From contig CP129472.1 of assembly GCA_030583725.1 (NCBI GenBank), forward strand, positions 270,958 through 334,957: a stretch of 64,000 nucleotides of DNA. Reading direction: 5' to 3'. Position 1 is the stretch's first letter; every line of letters begins with the position of its first letter. The position numbers and the translations under genes are program-made. Shown piece by piece: positions 1 through 9,608 of the stretch. This DNA is from a bacterium (lineage in GTDB: Bacteria > Patescibacteriota > Microgenomatia > UBA8517). The notes under the pieces are model-generated. The model was not told the DNA's origin. It searched no databases and worked only from the letters and a program-made list of their open reading frames with translations.

Positions 1-1216
1 TACCCCATGTGTCTAAATTGGTAACAATGACCATATCATCAGTAGTTACCTCTTTTAACTTATATGACATCTCTACATAAATAGGTGCCTTATCGGTGTT
101 GACCATTTTATTTTTAAACCTTGAATCTAAAAATATAATTCCTAATGTTTGACCAACAGAGAAAAATAGAATTAAAAATATTGAAATTACAACTACAAAT
201 TTTTGTTTTGTAATTGGAGACCTTTTTATTATTTCTACTAATGTAGCCACTGCAACAATATATACAAGTGGAACAACAGGATGAATATATCTGTAAAAAG
301 GAATTGTTAAGGCAGTGACTAAAAAGGTTAACAGTGCTACAAACAAAACTGAAATCTTAAAAGAATTTTGCAATTTAACTTTACCCCAACTAAACATTCC
401 AATAACAAACAATCCCCACATATAAGGACTGGCAATTTCTGGAAGCGCTTTGTAAAAGTTGTAAAGGTTGTAAAAGACTTTTTTCACAACGTCCAGAGAT
501 GACAACGACGAACCTACAACACCCCTTAAACCGTCAGATACGGCCATATTAGGAGAATAAGTCAGTATTGACTGCAAACCTCTCATGAGAATAGGTGTAA
601 CTGGATACTTAAACGAAAGTGGATAAATTACAAACTTGTCCACCAAATACCCCAGTATTCCTAAGCCAAAAAAAGAAATTAGTGCTTTCTTGACACCAAA
701 TCTGACAATAAGCCAGTATAAAACTATACCTGCCATAGAGATGATAGCTTGAGGTCGACTGAAGTACATCAATATCAAAGTAACTATTGCCAACAAGTCA
801 GTAAACTTACTTTTAAAGCTAACAAGATACAAACCCAAAACTATTTCGAATGCAAAAAGTGTTTCCGATGCCCCACTTGTAGCATAGTCAATAAAATTAT
901 AATTTGAAGCAATAGATAAAGACGCTAACATACCAGTTGTTTTATCGAATAACCTACTGGCGAGCAAAAAAACAAAGATAATCAAAAAAATAAAAAAGAA
1001 GAAAGAAAATGAAATAACAGCAAAGTCATTAACACCAAAAAGTTTCATAAATAGGCTCATCAAGTGAGGTACTAGTATAGAAATACCACTCGTACTAAAA
1101 AAGCCACTGCCCCAAAAAGAGAAGTCTGTAGCATATACACCCGTATCAACTAGATTCCTGGCAATCAAAGAAAACTTTGCCCCATCTGAAAATGTTAGAT
1201 AGATACTATTAATCAT
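1..1216 (-). CDS. Polytopic membrane protein, GT-C fold ArnT/PMT_2-like glycosyltransferase. Partial: the C-terminal part lies beyond the window edge
   Basis: Open minus-strand frame from ATG at 1214-1216 (MINSIYLTFSDGAKFSLIARNL...) down to position 1 with no stop. It is absent from the ORF track because no stop falls inside the window. The N-terminal loop FSDGAKFSLIARNLVDTGVY parallels the ArnT first periplasmic loop DEARYAEISREMLASGDW, and many hydrophobic helices follow. Confidence 0.55.
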   Translation of the reverse strand, partial: MINSIYLTFSDGAKFSLIARNLVDTGVYATDFSFWGSGFFSTSGISILVPHLMSLFMKLFGVNDFAVISFSFFFFIFLIIFVFLLASRLFDKTTGMLASLSIASNYNFIDYATSGASETLFAFEIVLGLYLVSFKSKFTDLLAIVTLILMYFSRPQAIISMAGIVLYWLIVRFGVKKALISFFGLGILGYLVDKFVIYPLSFKYPVTPILMRGLQSILTYSPNMAVSDGLRGVVGSSLSSLDVVKKVFYNLYNFYKALPEIASPYMWGLFVIGMFSWGKVKLQNSFKISVLFVALLTFLVTALTIPFYRYIHPVVPLVYIVAVATLVEIIKRSPITKQKFVVVISIFLILFFSVGQTLGIIFLDSRFKNKMVNTDKAPIYVEMSYKLKEVTTDDMVIVTNLDTWG

Positions 1217-2750
1217 TTTTGCAGTTTATTTGTTGTACAAAAATCATATCAGTGCCTTCGATATCCCTATATTTATACTTATACCTACTTTTATATTCTA
1301 ACACGACAGACAAGTTGTTTTTGTTTAAAATCATTCCATCCCAACAGAAAAGGTCAATTGTGGCAGAAACGTTATAGTTATCATAAATTAATAACTTTTC
1401 GCCATATGATAGCAGCCAGTTATTAGTAATAATCTTATCCATTTGAGTTACATAAAAATACTCCGACCAATCTCTGCCCCTAATTATTGCATACTGCCTA
1501 GTGGGTGCAACCGAATCCCAAATTAACGTTGATTTTTTTGGCAAAGAATCTGAAAATTGCTGCAAATTATATGATTTAGATATCTCTCTCCTTTCGTTGA
1601 TAAAATCATCTCGTACAAAATATATTGCAAATACGGACACCAAACACAATAGAAATATTTTGTATCTCAGCTTTAACTCATTAAACAAGAATGTGATCAT
1701 AATGCAAACGAGTAAAATATTTCCAGCTTGATAGTGAATCTCCCTATATTTTGAAAATATTAATATTCCAATAAATGAACTAATAAAAATAGATTTTACA
1801 AGTAAATATTTCTTATCTAGCTTCTGAATCAGGATAATAATAGTGACTAAAAGCAACAATAGGAAAATATTATAATGCCCAAACCAGAATATTATATTCT
1901 GGTTAATATTTGATAATTCAAAAAAACCAAAATCACCTCCGCCACTTCTCCCAGTTCTAGTCAATAAACTCCATAACCAGTTAATAATGGATGGATATTT
2001 TCTGATAACAACTGACGTGCCCAATATAAATCCTCCTAGGATACCGCCTATTGTAAGCTGAATAACTTTTTTGTTTTTAGTAAAAAATGACAATACGAGC
2101 GTTGTAAAACCAACAAACAAAAATGTAAGCTTTGAAGAAATTGATAACCCAGCAATAATAGACGCTAAAACCAGATAGTCTTTTTCTTTTTTGCGTAAAT
2201 ATGTAACGATAAAATTCAACCAAATACCTGTAAAAAATAGGCCAAACACTTCGGGGGTTATTATTCTCTGCATTCTTAAAAACATAGGTGATAAGAACAA
2301 TATGAGGAATAAAAACAAATTTACTAACCTAGATTTAAAATATCTATATATTGCAAGGTGAATTAGAAATACACCAATTACAAATACTACCCATACAGAA
2401 AAAATTGATAACCAATAAACCAGTGTAAAGTTTTCGAGACTCCACAATGAGAAATCAGTAACTCCAGTGAGCTTGACAATTATTTTTACCACGTATATCG
2501 GAATCGATAAGAATACTGTCAATGGTGTCCCTGGATGATCTACAATAAATATTTTCTTTATTTGGATAAACTCCAAAGCGTTCGCGACATAGGCAGGACC
2601 TGGATCAATGATATAAAATGGAGTGGTCGGTTTAATGATGAGCGGTAAAATACCAAAAAACGAAGACGTTAATGTTAAAATAAGCAACCAATAAAAATTA
2701 TTTGCAGTTAAAAAACTCTTCAACTTTTTTAGAAACATAATCAACTTCAT
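1209..2750 (-). CDS. Polytopic membrane protein, GT-C-like glycosyltransferase with a C-terminal soluble domain
   Basis: 513-aa ORF with 10 or more hydrophobic helices followed by a hydrophilic tail of about 140 aa, the same architecture as the other ArnT-like proteins in the window. The IIDPGPAYVANAL segment resembles the LIGP...GN...GP.YYYL loop of the 55635/57764/60288 subfamily. The predicted start overlaps the upstream aminotransferase gene by about 50 nt, so the true start is probably further downstream. Confidence 0.5.
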   Translation of the reverse strand: MKLIMFLKKLKSFLTANNFYWLLILTLTSSFFGILPLIIKPTTPFYIIDPGPAYVANALEFIQIKKIFIVDHPGTPLTVFLSIPIYVVKIIVKLTGVTDFSLWSLENFTLVYWLSIFSVWVVFVIGVFLIHLAIYRYFKSRLVNLFLFLILFLSPMFLRMQRIITPEVFGLFFTGIWLNFIVTYLRKKEKDYLVLASIIAGLSISSKLTFLFVGFTTLVLSFFTKNKKVIQLTIGGILGGFILGTSVVIRKYPSIINWLWSLLTRTGRSGGGDFGFFELSNINQNIIFWFGHYNIFLLLLLVTIIILIQKLDKKYLLVKSIFISSFIGILIFSKYREIHYQAGNILLVCIMITFLFNELKLRYKIFLLCLVSVFAIYFVRDDFINERREISKSYNLQQFSDSLPKKSTLIWDSVAPTRQYAIIRGRDWSEYFYVTQMDKIITNNWLLSYGEKLLIYDNYNVSATIDLFCWDGMILNKNNLSVVLEYKSRYKYKYRDIEGTDMIFVQQINCKND

Positions 2751-3801
2751 TTGACTTCATTGTAGGATAGCACGGTAAAGATAGTATTTCATTAACAAAC
2801 TGACGAACAACAGGTAAATTAATCTTTTCATATTTACCACCAAACAAAGGCTGATCTGGAATAGAAATAGGGTAGTGTACTAGAGATGGAATTCCTTTTT
2901 CTTTTAAATAATTTTGCAATTCATTCCTCTTTTTGGTTTTTATGACAAATAAATGAAAATTCGAGTCATTAATGTCTGTTGGTGCAATAATCTGTAAGCC
3001 ACCCACATCTTTAAGACTATCTATATATTTTCTTGCAATTGATAATCTTTTTCTGTTATCTGACTTCAAAAACCTTAGCTTTACCCTTAAGATAGAGGCT
3101 TGAAGTTCGTCTAGCCTACTATTTAGTCCATATCTAATGTGTTTGTATTTTGATTCTTGTCCATAGTCTCTCAGTTGATACAATATTTTAGCCAATTTAT
3201 CACTGTTAGTGGTTATTGCTCCACCATCTCCAATTGCTCCCAAGTTTTTTGTAGGGTAAAAACTATAACAAGCTACATCTCCAAAACTCCCTACTGGTAC
3301 ACCGTTGTAACTTGTGCCATGTGCCTGGCAAGCATCTTCAATTAAAAATAATTTATTTTTCTTGCAAATACTTTTAACTTTTTCAATCTCAAGAGGTTGC
3401 CCATACAAATGAACTGGAATTATTGCTTTAGTTCTTTTTGTAACTGCTTTCTCAACTAAATTCTCGTCAATCTGTCCATTTTCTTTTACATCTACAAATA
3501 CTGGAGTTGCACCGACAGCAAGAATGGAAAGGGTTGTTGCAACAGCTGATAAGGGAGTCGTTATTACTTCGTCATCCTTACCAACATCTAAAGCCATTAA
3601 TGAAATCTGGAGCGCCTCCAGGCCATTTGCCACACCTATACAGTGACTGCTACTTGTAAAATCAGAAAACTCTTTTTCAAATTGTTTTACCTCATCACCT
3701 AAAACATACACACCCTTCTTCATTACAGAATCAAATGCATTCTTATATTCCTTTTTCCTGATTGAATAATCTTTTTTGAAATCTAAATAATTAATTTGCA
3801 T
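2698..3801 (-). CDS. DegT/DnrJ/EryC1/StrS-family PLP-dependent sugar aminotransferase (FdtB/QdtB-like dTDP-3-keto-6-deoxyhexose transaminase)
   Basis: 367 aa. Carries the SFYPTKNLGAIGDGGAI motif with the PLP-binding lysine and DACQAHG, with a full-length fit to the DegT/ArnB/WecE fold. It lies directly downstream of an FdtA-like isomerase. Confidence 0.9.
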   Translation of the reverse strand: MQINYLDFKKDYSIRKKEYKNAFDSVMKKGVYVLGDEVKQFEKEFSDFTSSSHCIGVANGLEALQISLMALDVGKDDEVITTPLSAVATTLSILAVGATPVFVDVKENGQIDENLVEKAVTKRTKAIIPVHLYGQPLEIEKVKSICKKNKLFLIEDACQAHGTSYNGVPVGSFGDVACYSFYPTKNLGAIGDGGAITTNSDKLAKILYQLRDYGQESKYKHIRYGLNSRLDELQASILRVKLRFLKSDNRKRLSIARKYIDSLKDVGGLQIIAPTDINDSNFHLFVIKTKKRNELQNYLKEKGIPSLVHYPISIPDQPLFGGKYEKINLPVVRQFVNEILSLPCYPTMKSNEVDYVSKKVEEFFNCK

Positions 3802-4195
3802 ATGACTTTAGAAAATCCTCATAACTTCTAACATAATCACTGGCATCATGTCTTTTGGAAGCCAATATTAATAGTATTGTATTCTTTTTGAAATCTGACA
3901 TCTCATGCCAGACGCGAGGGTCTAGTATAACTCCAATATTTGGTTTATCAAGATGAACTGTTTCTTTGTTATGACCATCATCAAGTATGATATCTATTTC
4001 GCCCTGAATACAAAATATTGCTTGAATAGTTTCCTTGTGGGTATGGGCACCCCTGACGGCCCCCTCTGAAACTCCGTAAATAAAATATACCCTTTCAATT
4101 TTAAAAGGTATTTCATCCAAGTATTGTAGTTGGCAAAGAGACCCATCTGTAGTTAGAAGTGGTGCTTCTATTATTTTAGTTAGTTTATTTGCCAT
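3791..4195 (-). CDS. dTDP-4-keto-6-deoxy-D-glucose 3,4-ketoisomerase, FdtA/QdtA (WxcM-like cupin)
   Basis: 134 aa. IERVYFIYGVSEGAVRGAHTHKETIQAIFCIQGEIDIILDDG ... VILDPRVWHEMSDF ... LILASKRHDASDYVRSYEDF aligns almost residue for residue with Aneurinibacillus FdtA (IKRVYYIFD..RGFHAHKKLEQVLVCLNGSCRVILDDG..VWHEMHDFS..VLASDYYDETDYIRQYDNF). Confidence 0.88.
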   Translation of the reverse strand: MANKLTKIIEAPLLTTDGSLCQLQYLDEIPFKIERVYFIYGVSEGAVRGAHTHKETIQAIFCIQGEIDIILDDGHNKETVHLDKPNIGVILDPRVWHEMSDFKKNTILLILASKRHDASDYVRSYEDFLKSYAN

Positions 4196-5166
4196 CCCTT
4201 AATCCTCCAGTAAAATGGTCCTATGTATTTTGCCAACTTATGTTTAATTAGTTGTATTTTATTCCCACCATTTTTTGGGGGGCTTATTTGAAAACTTTTA
4301 TCATATTTCTTAACAAACTTATATTGTTTTATCAATTCCTTTTCGTATGGTTCGTAAATATGTTTGACCACATCTTTTGAAAGAGTATATCCCAAAACTC
4401 GACTAAAGTTGGTTGGGCCTAACACCTGAAACTGATGAAAATGATAACAAACCAACTTTGTTTTGTTAATGTAAATATCACTCTTTACTTTTCTAACCTT
4501 ATATTGCGAGTGGTTCCATGGAGCAACATTTACACCAATATTTTTAGAAATGACTAGTTTCTTTCCATACAACCTTGGCCATTCATTCAAATAAAGCTGG
4601 TCACCAAGTTTTCCGTCTTCGAACCTCCAATAACACCAATCTAGACATTGATTTCTCCATCTTTTAAGGCATTTGATACCTGTTGAATCATTTTTAAACA
4701 CGTTTACTGCAACATTAAATTGTCCATCTTCAACGATCAGCCTTTCCATACCCTTTAGGTATCGATGCTCAACTGCAAGCATTGAACCTTTATATGCCTC
4801 ATCTATTATAATTTGGGGGTTTGAATAAAAATACTCGTCTGCATCTAGATAACAAACATACATTGTTTTTGGAGACTTTTTAAATATATACAATGGCCAT
4901 GAAGGAGTTGTTGTCCATATGTACTCCACTTTCGTTCTTGTATCTTTAATGGCTAGTAGCTCTTTATCTTCAAATTCTCTTAAGGGCACTACTGTCACAC
5001 CTTTTAGTTTCATTTTCCTTAGTACATCTTCCGTATATTTATCAAAAGCTAATACCCAAAGTTTTGCATCTGGGTTGTATTTTATTAATGAAGCGTGAAG
5101 TGCAAGACCTTTAGTTAAAAAGCCTTTATCAAAGTATGTGCAATAAATTATTTTTTCCTGTTTCAT
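4180..5166 (-). CDS. Putative GT-A-fold nucleotide-diphospho-sugar glycosyltransferase (DXD motif)
   Basis: 328-aa soluble protein. The N-terminus (IIYCTYFDKGFL..LHASL) looks like a Rossmann-type nucleotide-sugar-binding start, and a YLDADEYFY DXD motif follows. Family not recognised precisely. Confidence 0.45.
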   Translation of the reverse strand: MKQEKIIYCTYFDKGFLTKGLALHASLIKYNPDAKLWVLAFDKYTEDVLRKMKLKGVTVVPLREFEDKELLAIKDTRTKVEYIWTTTPSWPLYIFKKSPKTMYVCYLDADEYFYSNPQIIIDEAYKGSMLAVEHRYLKGMERLIVEDGQFNVAVNVFKNDSTGIKCLKRWRNQCLDWCYWRFEDGKLGDQLYLNEWPRLYGKKLVISKNIGVNVAPWNHSQYKVRKVKSDIYINKTKLVCYHFHQFQVLGPTNFSRVLGYTLSKDVVKHIYEPYEKELIKQYKFVKKYDKSFQISPPKNGGNKIQLIKHKLAKYIGPFYWRIKGWQIN

Positions 5167-5200
5167 TTTTAGATTATAACATTATTCTTACCCTGAAATA

Positions 5201-6115
5201 CTAACTTTTTAACACTTTAACTAACTTGGGAATCAAAACAAAGGGGTAAACATTTAACAAATAATGGAAAGCTTTACCTACTACAACTAAATAATTCAAA
5301 GCTAAATAATTTGTAGGGCAATGTTTTTTTACAAATTTAAAATGATCGACTATGTTAACTTTAGATTTTCTTGAAAACAGCAAGTTATAATATTCTCTAA
5401 AAGACATATTTTGTTTGATGCTATCCCCCATCCCTGTCCTTTCAATTTTGTTCATAACTAAAGATTTATAACTTACGACTGGGATATACCCGCTTTTTTT
5501 GGCGACATAAAAATAATCATAATCTGAAAGATAGTGTGGAAAGTTTTTTTTATCAAAGTTACCAATTTTTCGAATTAAAGATATGGGAAACAAAGTACCT
5601 TTTGAAGAAAGCGTGTCAAAGATTTTTGAACACAACATATTATGTTTAATATCATATTTATTTCTCTTATAATCTGAGGAGAAACTTAGATAATTCCATT
5701 TGATATTTACACCTGCATCCCAAACTTTTTTAGTGTTATTATCTAATACGCATGATCCAACTATAAATTTTAGGTCATTTTTTGCTACCTTAACTAAACT
5801 TGATACATATTTCCTGTTAAATGTGCAATCATTATTTATAGTCAAAATATAGTCATTCTCCGAAGACCGATTTACAATATCTCTAATACCTCTATAAAGT
5901 GATCCGGTCCACCATAAATTTCCATCTCCTTTGATTAACCTGACCTTTGGATAGTTCTTCTTTATAAATTCGTATGTTCCATCATTAGATCCATCGTCAA
6001 CAATTGTTACATCAATATTATGATAATCTTGCTTATCAAGTGATTTTAAAAACTTTTTAGTATATTCAATCTGATTATGAACAGCTGTCAACATAAACAC
6101 TCTCGGATTATTCAT
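5201..6115 (-). CDS. Glycosyltransferase family 2
   Basis: 304 aa. N-terminal GT-A core with VTIVDDGSNDGT ... TINNDC (DXD-like). Confidence 0.85.
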   Translation of the reverse strand: MNNPRVFMLTAVHNQIEYTKKFLKSLDKQDYHNIDVTIVDDGSNDGTYEFIKKNYPKVRLIKGDGNLWWTGSLYRGIRDIVNRSSENDYILTINNDCTFNRKYVSSLVKVAKNDLKFIVGSCVLDNNTKKVWDAGVNIKWNYLSFSSDYKRNKYDIKHNMLCSKIFDTLSSKGTLFPISLIRKIGNFDKKNFPHYLSDYDYFYVAKKSGYIPVVSYKSLVMNKIERTGMGDSIKQNMSFREYYNLLFSRKSKVNIVDHFKFVKKHCPTNYLALNYLVVVGKAFHYLLNVYPFVLIPKLVKVLKS

Positions 6116-7080
6116 TTTGGTTCTAATTCTATCAAAAAGCTTTCGCCATGGCCCAAAGCGTCAACTACTCTATTAACAGGTAAAATAATGAGTGGTGCGA
6201 ACTTATTAGCAAAGTATATAACTAGACCAGCTACTTTAGTAACAAAATTTGTATTACCTGAACCACGTCTAGATTTACTATCCCAAACATCTGACTTTTT
6301 TCCCATCTTAGTGGGATAGAATAAACAACGTATTTGTATCAAGGTCCATAAATTTGGAGTTATGGTTTTAAGATTTAATATTTTTAAATCTGCTTTTTTG
6401 GCCAATTTAATTATTGATTCTTTAGAAAAGTGGTTTATATGGTATGGAATATGCCAATGAATCCAACGTCTACCAAACAACTTTCGATACAAGGCATCAG
6501 AGTTTGGAAAAGTAAGTATTACTTTTCCATCAGTTTTTAATTTCTTTTTAATATCTAAAAGAAACTTTAAGGGATTCGGCTCATGCTCAATCACTTGGCT
6601 TGCTGTTACAAAATCAAATTTTAACTTTGGGAATGGATTATCAGAGATAAACCCATTGTAAACATTTAAACCTAATTTTTTTGCAAAAATCTGGGCAGTT
6701 GAGTCCGGTTCAACCCCATATGCCTCAGATCCTAATGCCTTAATTTCAAGTAATGACACACCGCTAGCAGACCCAATATCTAAAACCTTAGAATTTCGAT
6801 TAACATATAAATGAGAAACATTGTTTGTTCCTAGAAGCCATTTTTTTAAGTTATTTTTGTAATCAACTTGCCTTTTAATTTGGCTTGAATTTGTTTTGTT
6901 TAATGGATAATATTTTTTGTAGAATGCACCAATTTTTTCTTTTTTAAGTGCTGGGGCAGTCCTACCAAAACCACATTTTTTACATTTGTATATATCATAG
7001 TACCCCTTAGCACCATATCTATCATCAAACATTTTCCGAAACCATAGTTTTACTGTAGACGAACATAAATTACATTTCAT
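6112..7080 (-). CDS. Class I SAM-dependent methyltransferase with N-terminal C4 zinc ribbon
   Basis: 322 aa. CNLCSS...CKKCGF zinc ribbon, then VLDIGSASGVS (motif I) and an acidic motif II. Paralogous architecture to 50075..50941. Confidence 0.75.
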   Translation of the reverse strand: MKCNLCSSTVKLWFRKMFDDRYGAKGYYDIYKCKKCGFGRTAPALKKEKIGAFYKKYYPLNKTNSSQIKRQVDYKNNLKKWLLGTNNVSHLYVNRNSKVLDIGSASGVSLLEIKALGSEAYGVEPDSTAQIFAKKLGLNVYNGFISDNPFPKLKFDFVTASQVIEHEPNPLKFLLDIKKKLKTDGKVILTFPNSDALYRKLFGRRWIHWHIPYHINHFSKESIIKLAKKADLKILNLKTITPNLWTLIQIRCLFYPTKMGKKSDVWDSKSRRGSGNTNFVTKVAGLVIYFANKFAPLIILPVNRVVDALGHGESFLIELEPK

Positions 7081-7081
7081 A

Positions 7082-7903
7082 CTATTTCTTTTCTAATAAA
7101 TACTGAACCAGCACAATTTTCTCCTCAACTCCTTTTACATTAAATATCTCAGACGAATAATCTCGTACAACTATTTTAAAACCATTTCTAACCAGTTCGT
7201 TTTCTAATTCATCTCTGTTCAAAACAACAAAATAATGATTTTCTATACCGTCAACACCTACTACTCTCTGATGCACATAAAATGTTTTATTACGTTTAGT
7301 GACAGGTGTTCGAGTAATATAAACGTATCTTTTGGCGACTCTTTCCATATCTTTGAGAACATTTTTCCATCCAGTCTGTGAATAATGCAAAATGCCACTG
7401 TATAGTATGAAGTCGAAATATTTATCAGGCTTATTAACTTTTTCGGCAAAAGATACAAAAAAGGAAGCTTTTGCATTGAATTTATTACATATATTGACAA
7501 TTTCGGAATTTATTTCACATCCATAATATTTAATGTGTCGGAAAGGTGAGTCATTTCTAGTAAGTATTTTGCTATATATACCACTTCCACAACCAACATC
7601 TAAAAACTTTGAATTTCTTTTAATCAAACCTATATGTTTTATGGTCTCTTTTTCTAAAAAAAACAAATTTTCACTTACAGCGTTATCCTTAATAAGAGTA
7701 TCCATTTTTATCTTAGTTTCTATTGAAGCTTGATATCTTTTTAACAAATTGCCCATGTCAAAGTCGTAACCAGTCCGTCCATTTTTCGGAGCGTTTATTT
7801 TTTCATAGGAGATAAGCATTACGTTACTTATAGCCTGTCTACCCTCAAGCAAAGAAATTATCGTTTTTAAAATTCGAATAACTATGTCTATAATTTTATG
7901 CAT
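7082..7903 (-). CDS. Class I SAM-dependent methyltransferase (TIGR04325-like O-antigen-cluster methyltransferase)
   Basis: 273 aa. FLDVGCGSGIYSKIL motif I and DFILYSGILHY motif. Start overlaps upstream gene by 8 nt. Confidence 0.65.
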   Translation of the reverse strand: MHKIIDIVIRILKTIISLLEGRQAISNVMLISYEKINAPKNGRTGYDFDMGNLLKRYQASIETKIKMDTLIKDNAVSENLFFLEKETIKHIGLIKRNSKFLDVGCGSGIYSKILTRNDSPFRHIKYYGCEINSEIVNICNKFNAKASFFVSFAEKVNKPDKYFDFILYSGILHYSQTGWKNVLKDMERVAKRYVYITRTPVTKRNKTFYVHQRVVGVDGIENHYFVVLNRDELENELVRNGFKIVVRDYSSEIFNVKGVEEKIVLVQYLLEKK

Positions 7904-9008
7904 ACATTTGTAAAATCCGAGATAATTCCGTTATTCTAACATAGTAGGTATGGTCGTTTAATGTCCTAGTCTGGCCACTGGAAGAGATTCTTAATCTATC
8001 TCTGTCATGTTTTAAATGGTAATTAATCTTTTTTATTAGATCATTCTGATCAGAATATTCAATAACTTCTTTTCCAATTTCAAATAAATTCTTCAAATTA
8101 TCTTTTTTATCAGTTAAAAGCATTGCTCCCATACCAGTTGCCTCATATAATCTCATATTATTTGCATAATTTTCAGCAACATCAATATGTCTGTTTATCG
8201 TAATTTTACTTTGTGCTAGCAATTTATACATGTCTAGTGACCACGCTTCCCCATGGTGATATTTGTATAATTTGCTGGTAGGCAATAAAAACTCCTTTCC
8301 ATAACCCCAAACATCCAGTTTGATTTTACTCGCAACATAATTTAACAATTTTAGCCCTTTCTTGTGAGAAGGACTAATACCTCCTATAAATGTCACATCA
8401 TATTTTTTAGGTTGTTTACCTACTATCTTTAGAACTCTAGGGTCAAAACCAATTTTAAAGTATTCACTATTAATGCCCATCTTTTTAAATCTTTTAACAT
8501 AGTGTGGGAAAGAAGTCAGTATTAAATCAAACTGCTTTAAATTTTCTTCATTGGGTAGTGGACAAGCAATCTGACCGACCAGCAACTTACAATATTTCTT
8601 TATTTTTTTTAAAGAGTCTGGGTTTAAAATACTCAAATCTTGCATATACACGACGTCAGGTGAATATTTTCTTATTTGTGCTAAGGTTATATTCTGAATC
8701 CAGTCCGGACGTCCGATAATTCTATGCAGAAGTGGCATCATCTGTAATTTGGACAGAAATTTATTCTGATTGACTTCGATGTCATTTTCTTTCGCCCACT
8801 TTGACTGCAATTTATAATCGTTGACAATTAACTCCTCAGCATTATGACCTAACTTTTTAAGATAATACGAATAAGAATCCCCAGTACCAAAAAATTGATT
8901 AAGTAGTAGTTGTCTATGATTTTTAAAACTTAGCCTGTCTATTTTTTGTTTTTTGTAAAAGCTATCTAAAAAACCTTGATAATACGTATCGATTATTAAT
9001 AATTTCAT
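7896..9008 (-). CDS. CgeB-family glycosyltransferase (DUF3880 plus GT1-like C-terminal domain)
   Basis: 370 aa. N-terminus MKLLIIDTYYQGFLDSFY is typical of CgeB/DUF3880. C-terminus RLYEATGMGAMLLTDKKDNLKNLFEIGKEVIEY matches the conserved CgeB block (RLFEAAACG..LLTD...LFEPGKEIV.Y). Confidence 0.65.
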   Translation of the reverse strand: MKLLIIDTYYQGFLDSFYKKQKIDRLSFKNHRQLLLNQFFGTGDSYSYYLKKLGHNAEELIVNDYKLQSKWAKENDIEVNQNKFLSKLQMMPLLHRIIGRPDWIQNITLAQIRKYSPDVVYMQDLSILNPDSLKKIKKYCKLLVGQIACPLPNEENLKQFDLILTSFPHYVKRFKKMGINSEYFKIGFDPRVLKIVGKQPKKYDVTFIGGISPSHKKGLKLLNYVASKIKLDVWGYGKEFLLPTSKLYKYHHGEAWSLDMYKLLAQSKITINRHIDVAENYANNMRLYEATGMGAMLLTDKKDNLKNLFEIGKEVIEYSDQNDLIKKINYHLKHDRDRLRISSSGQTRTLNDHTYYVRITELSRILQMYA

Positions 9009-9604
9009 TTGATTGCTGTTACATAGATTGACGAAAATCTAATATTTATATCTTCACTAGTTTTAACTTTTCTTACCGTTACTTTCTTAAATCCCACATA
9101 TTTTAACTTTTGGACGATTGATACCTTATCAAAGAACACTTTATGTTCACCGTTTCTATACAATAACCACATCATTATATCAAACGGATTATCAAAGACT
9201 TTTTTATACTTTTTTGGTATATCGTTAATTTTTGACTTTAAAAAACTTATATCATTTTTAACATACGCGTTAATATATGGGTCGATATGGGGAACAGTAA
9301 AATCTAGTATTCCTCCTTTTTTAAGAACACGTCTACACTCATTAAAAATATAAATCAGTTCATCAATCTTAAGATGTTCGAAAAAATGATCAGATTTTAT
9401 TTCATCTACAGAATCGTCTCCGAAAGGTATCCCCCACAATAGATCCCAACTTATATCCGCACCTTTTGAAAAATCAATTCCAACAAAACCCTTACGTTTA
9501 TAATCTCCCGATCCCAAATCTAGTTTTAATATATCCCTAGCACTATATTTATATGACTTATACTTACCAGTAATATACATTAAATATTGTTTAATTTTTT
9601 TCAT
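9005..9604 (-). CDS. Class I SAM-dependent methyltransferase
   Basis: 199 aa. LKLDLGSGDYKRKGFVGIDF (motif I) ... KKGGILDF (motif III-like). ATGA overlap with the downstream gene. Confidence 0.6.
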   Translation of the reverse strand: MKKIKQYLMYITGKYKSYKYSARDILKLDLGSGDYKRKGFVGIDFSKGADISWDLLWGIPFGDDSVDEIKSDHFFEHLKIDELIYIFNECRRVLKKGGILDFTVPHIDPYINAYVKNDISFLKSKINDIPKKYKKVFDNPFDIMMWLLYRNGEHKVFFDKVSIVQKLKYVGFKKVTVRKVKTSEDINIRFSSIYVTAIK

Positions 9605-9608
9605 ATCG

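Noticed and set aside
1501-1731. Small opposite-strand ORFs from the six-frame track, 60 to 116 aa, that lie inside or antisense to long CDS. Examples: 1501..1731, 3157..3345, 6077..6319, 7261..7500, 7533..7733, 8504..8719, 10165..10410, 10813..11031, 11089..11343, 12996..13208, 13690..13881, 14887..15096, 15520..15717, 15757..15981, 16042..16245, 16461..16766, 17335..17586, 17594..17794, 19997..20239, 20643..20858, 21019..21246, 21535..21807, 22082..22297, 22578..23036, 23760..23963, 24403..24591, 25022..25279, 27094..27320, 31741..31926, 33006..33194, 33625..33951, 35386..35664, 35874..36110, 37172..37522, 39144..39368, 44179..44379, 45103..45318, 45812..45994, 46286..46483, 47233..47439, 47496..47843, 48117..48407, 51070..51258, 53069..53314, 55068..55532, 55674..55889, 60877..61098
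   Set aside because: Each is fully overlapped by a much longer ORF with clear protein-family motifs. Their translations are low-complexity and rich in I, F, K, N and S, as expected for shadow frames in AT-rich coding DNA. None has a recognisable motif
2698-2750. 53-nt overlap between the aminotransferase stop and the 513-aa membrane protein start, as a possible programmed frameshift or fusion
   Set aside because: The frames differ and both proteins are complete on their own. The membrane protein has plausible alternative starts (internal Leu/TTG codons) that remove most of the overlap
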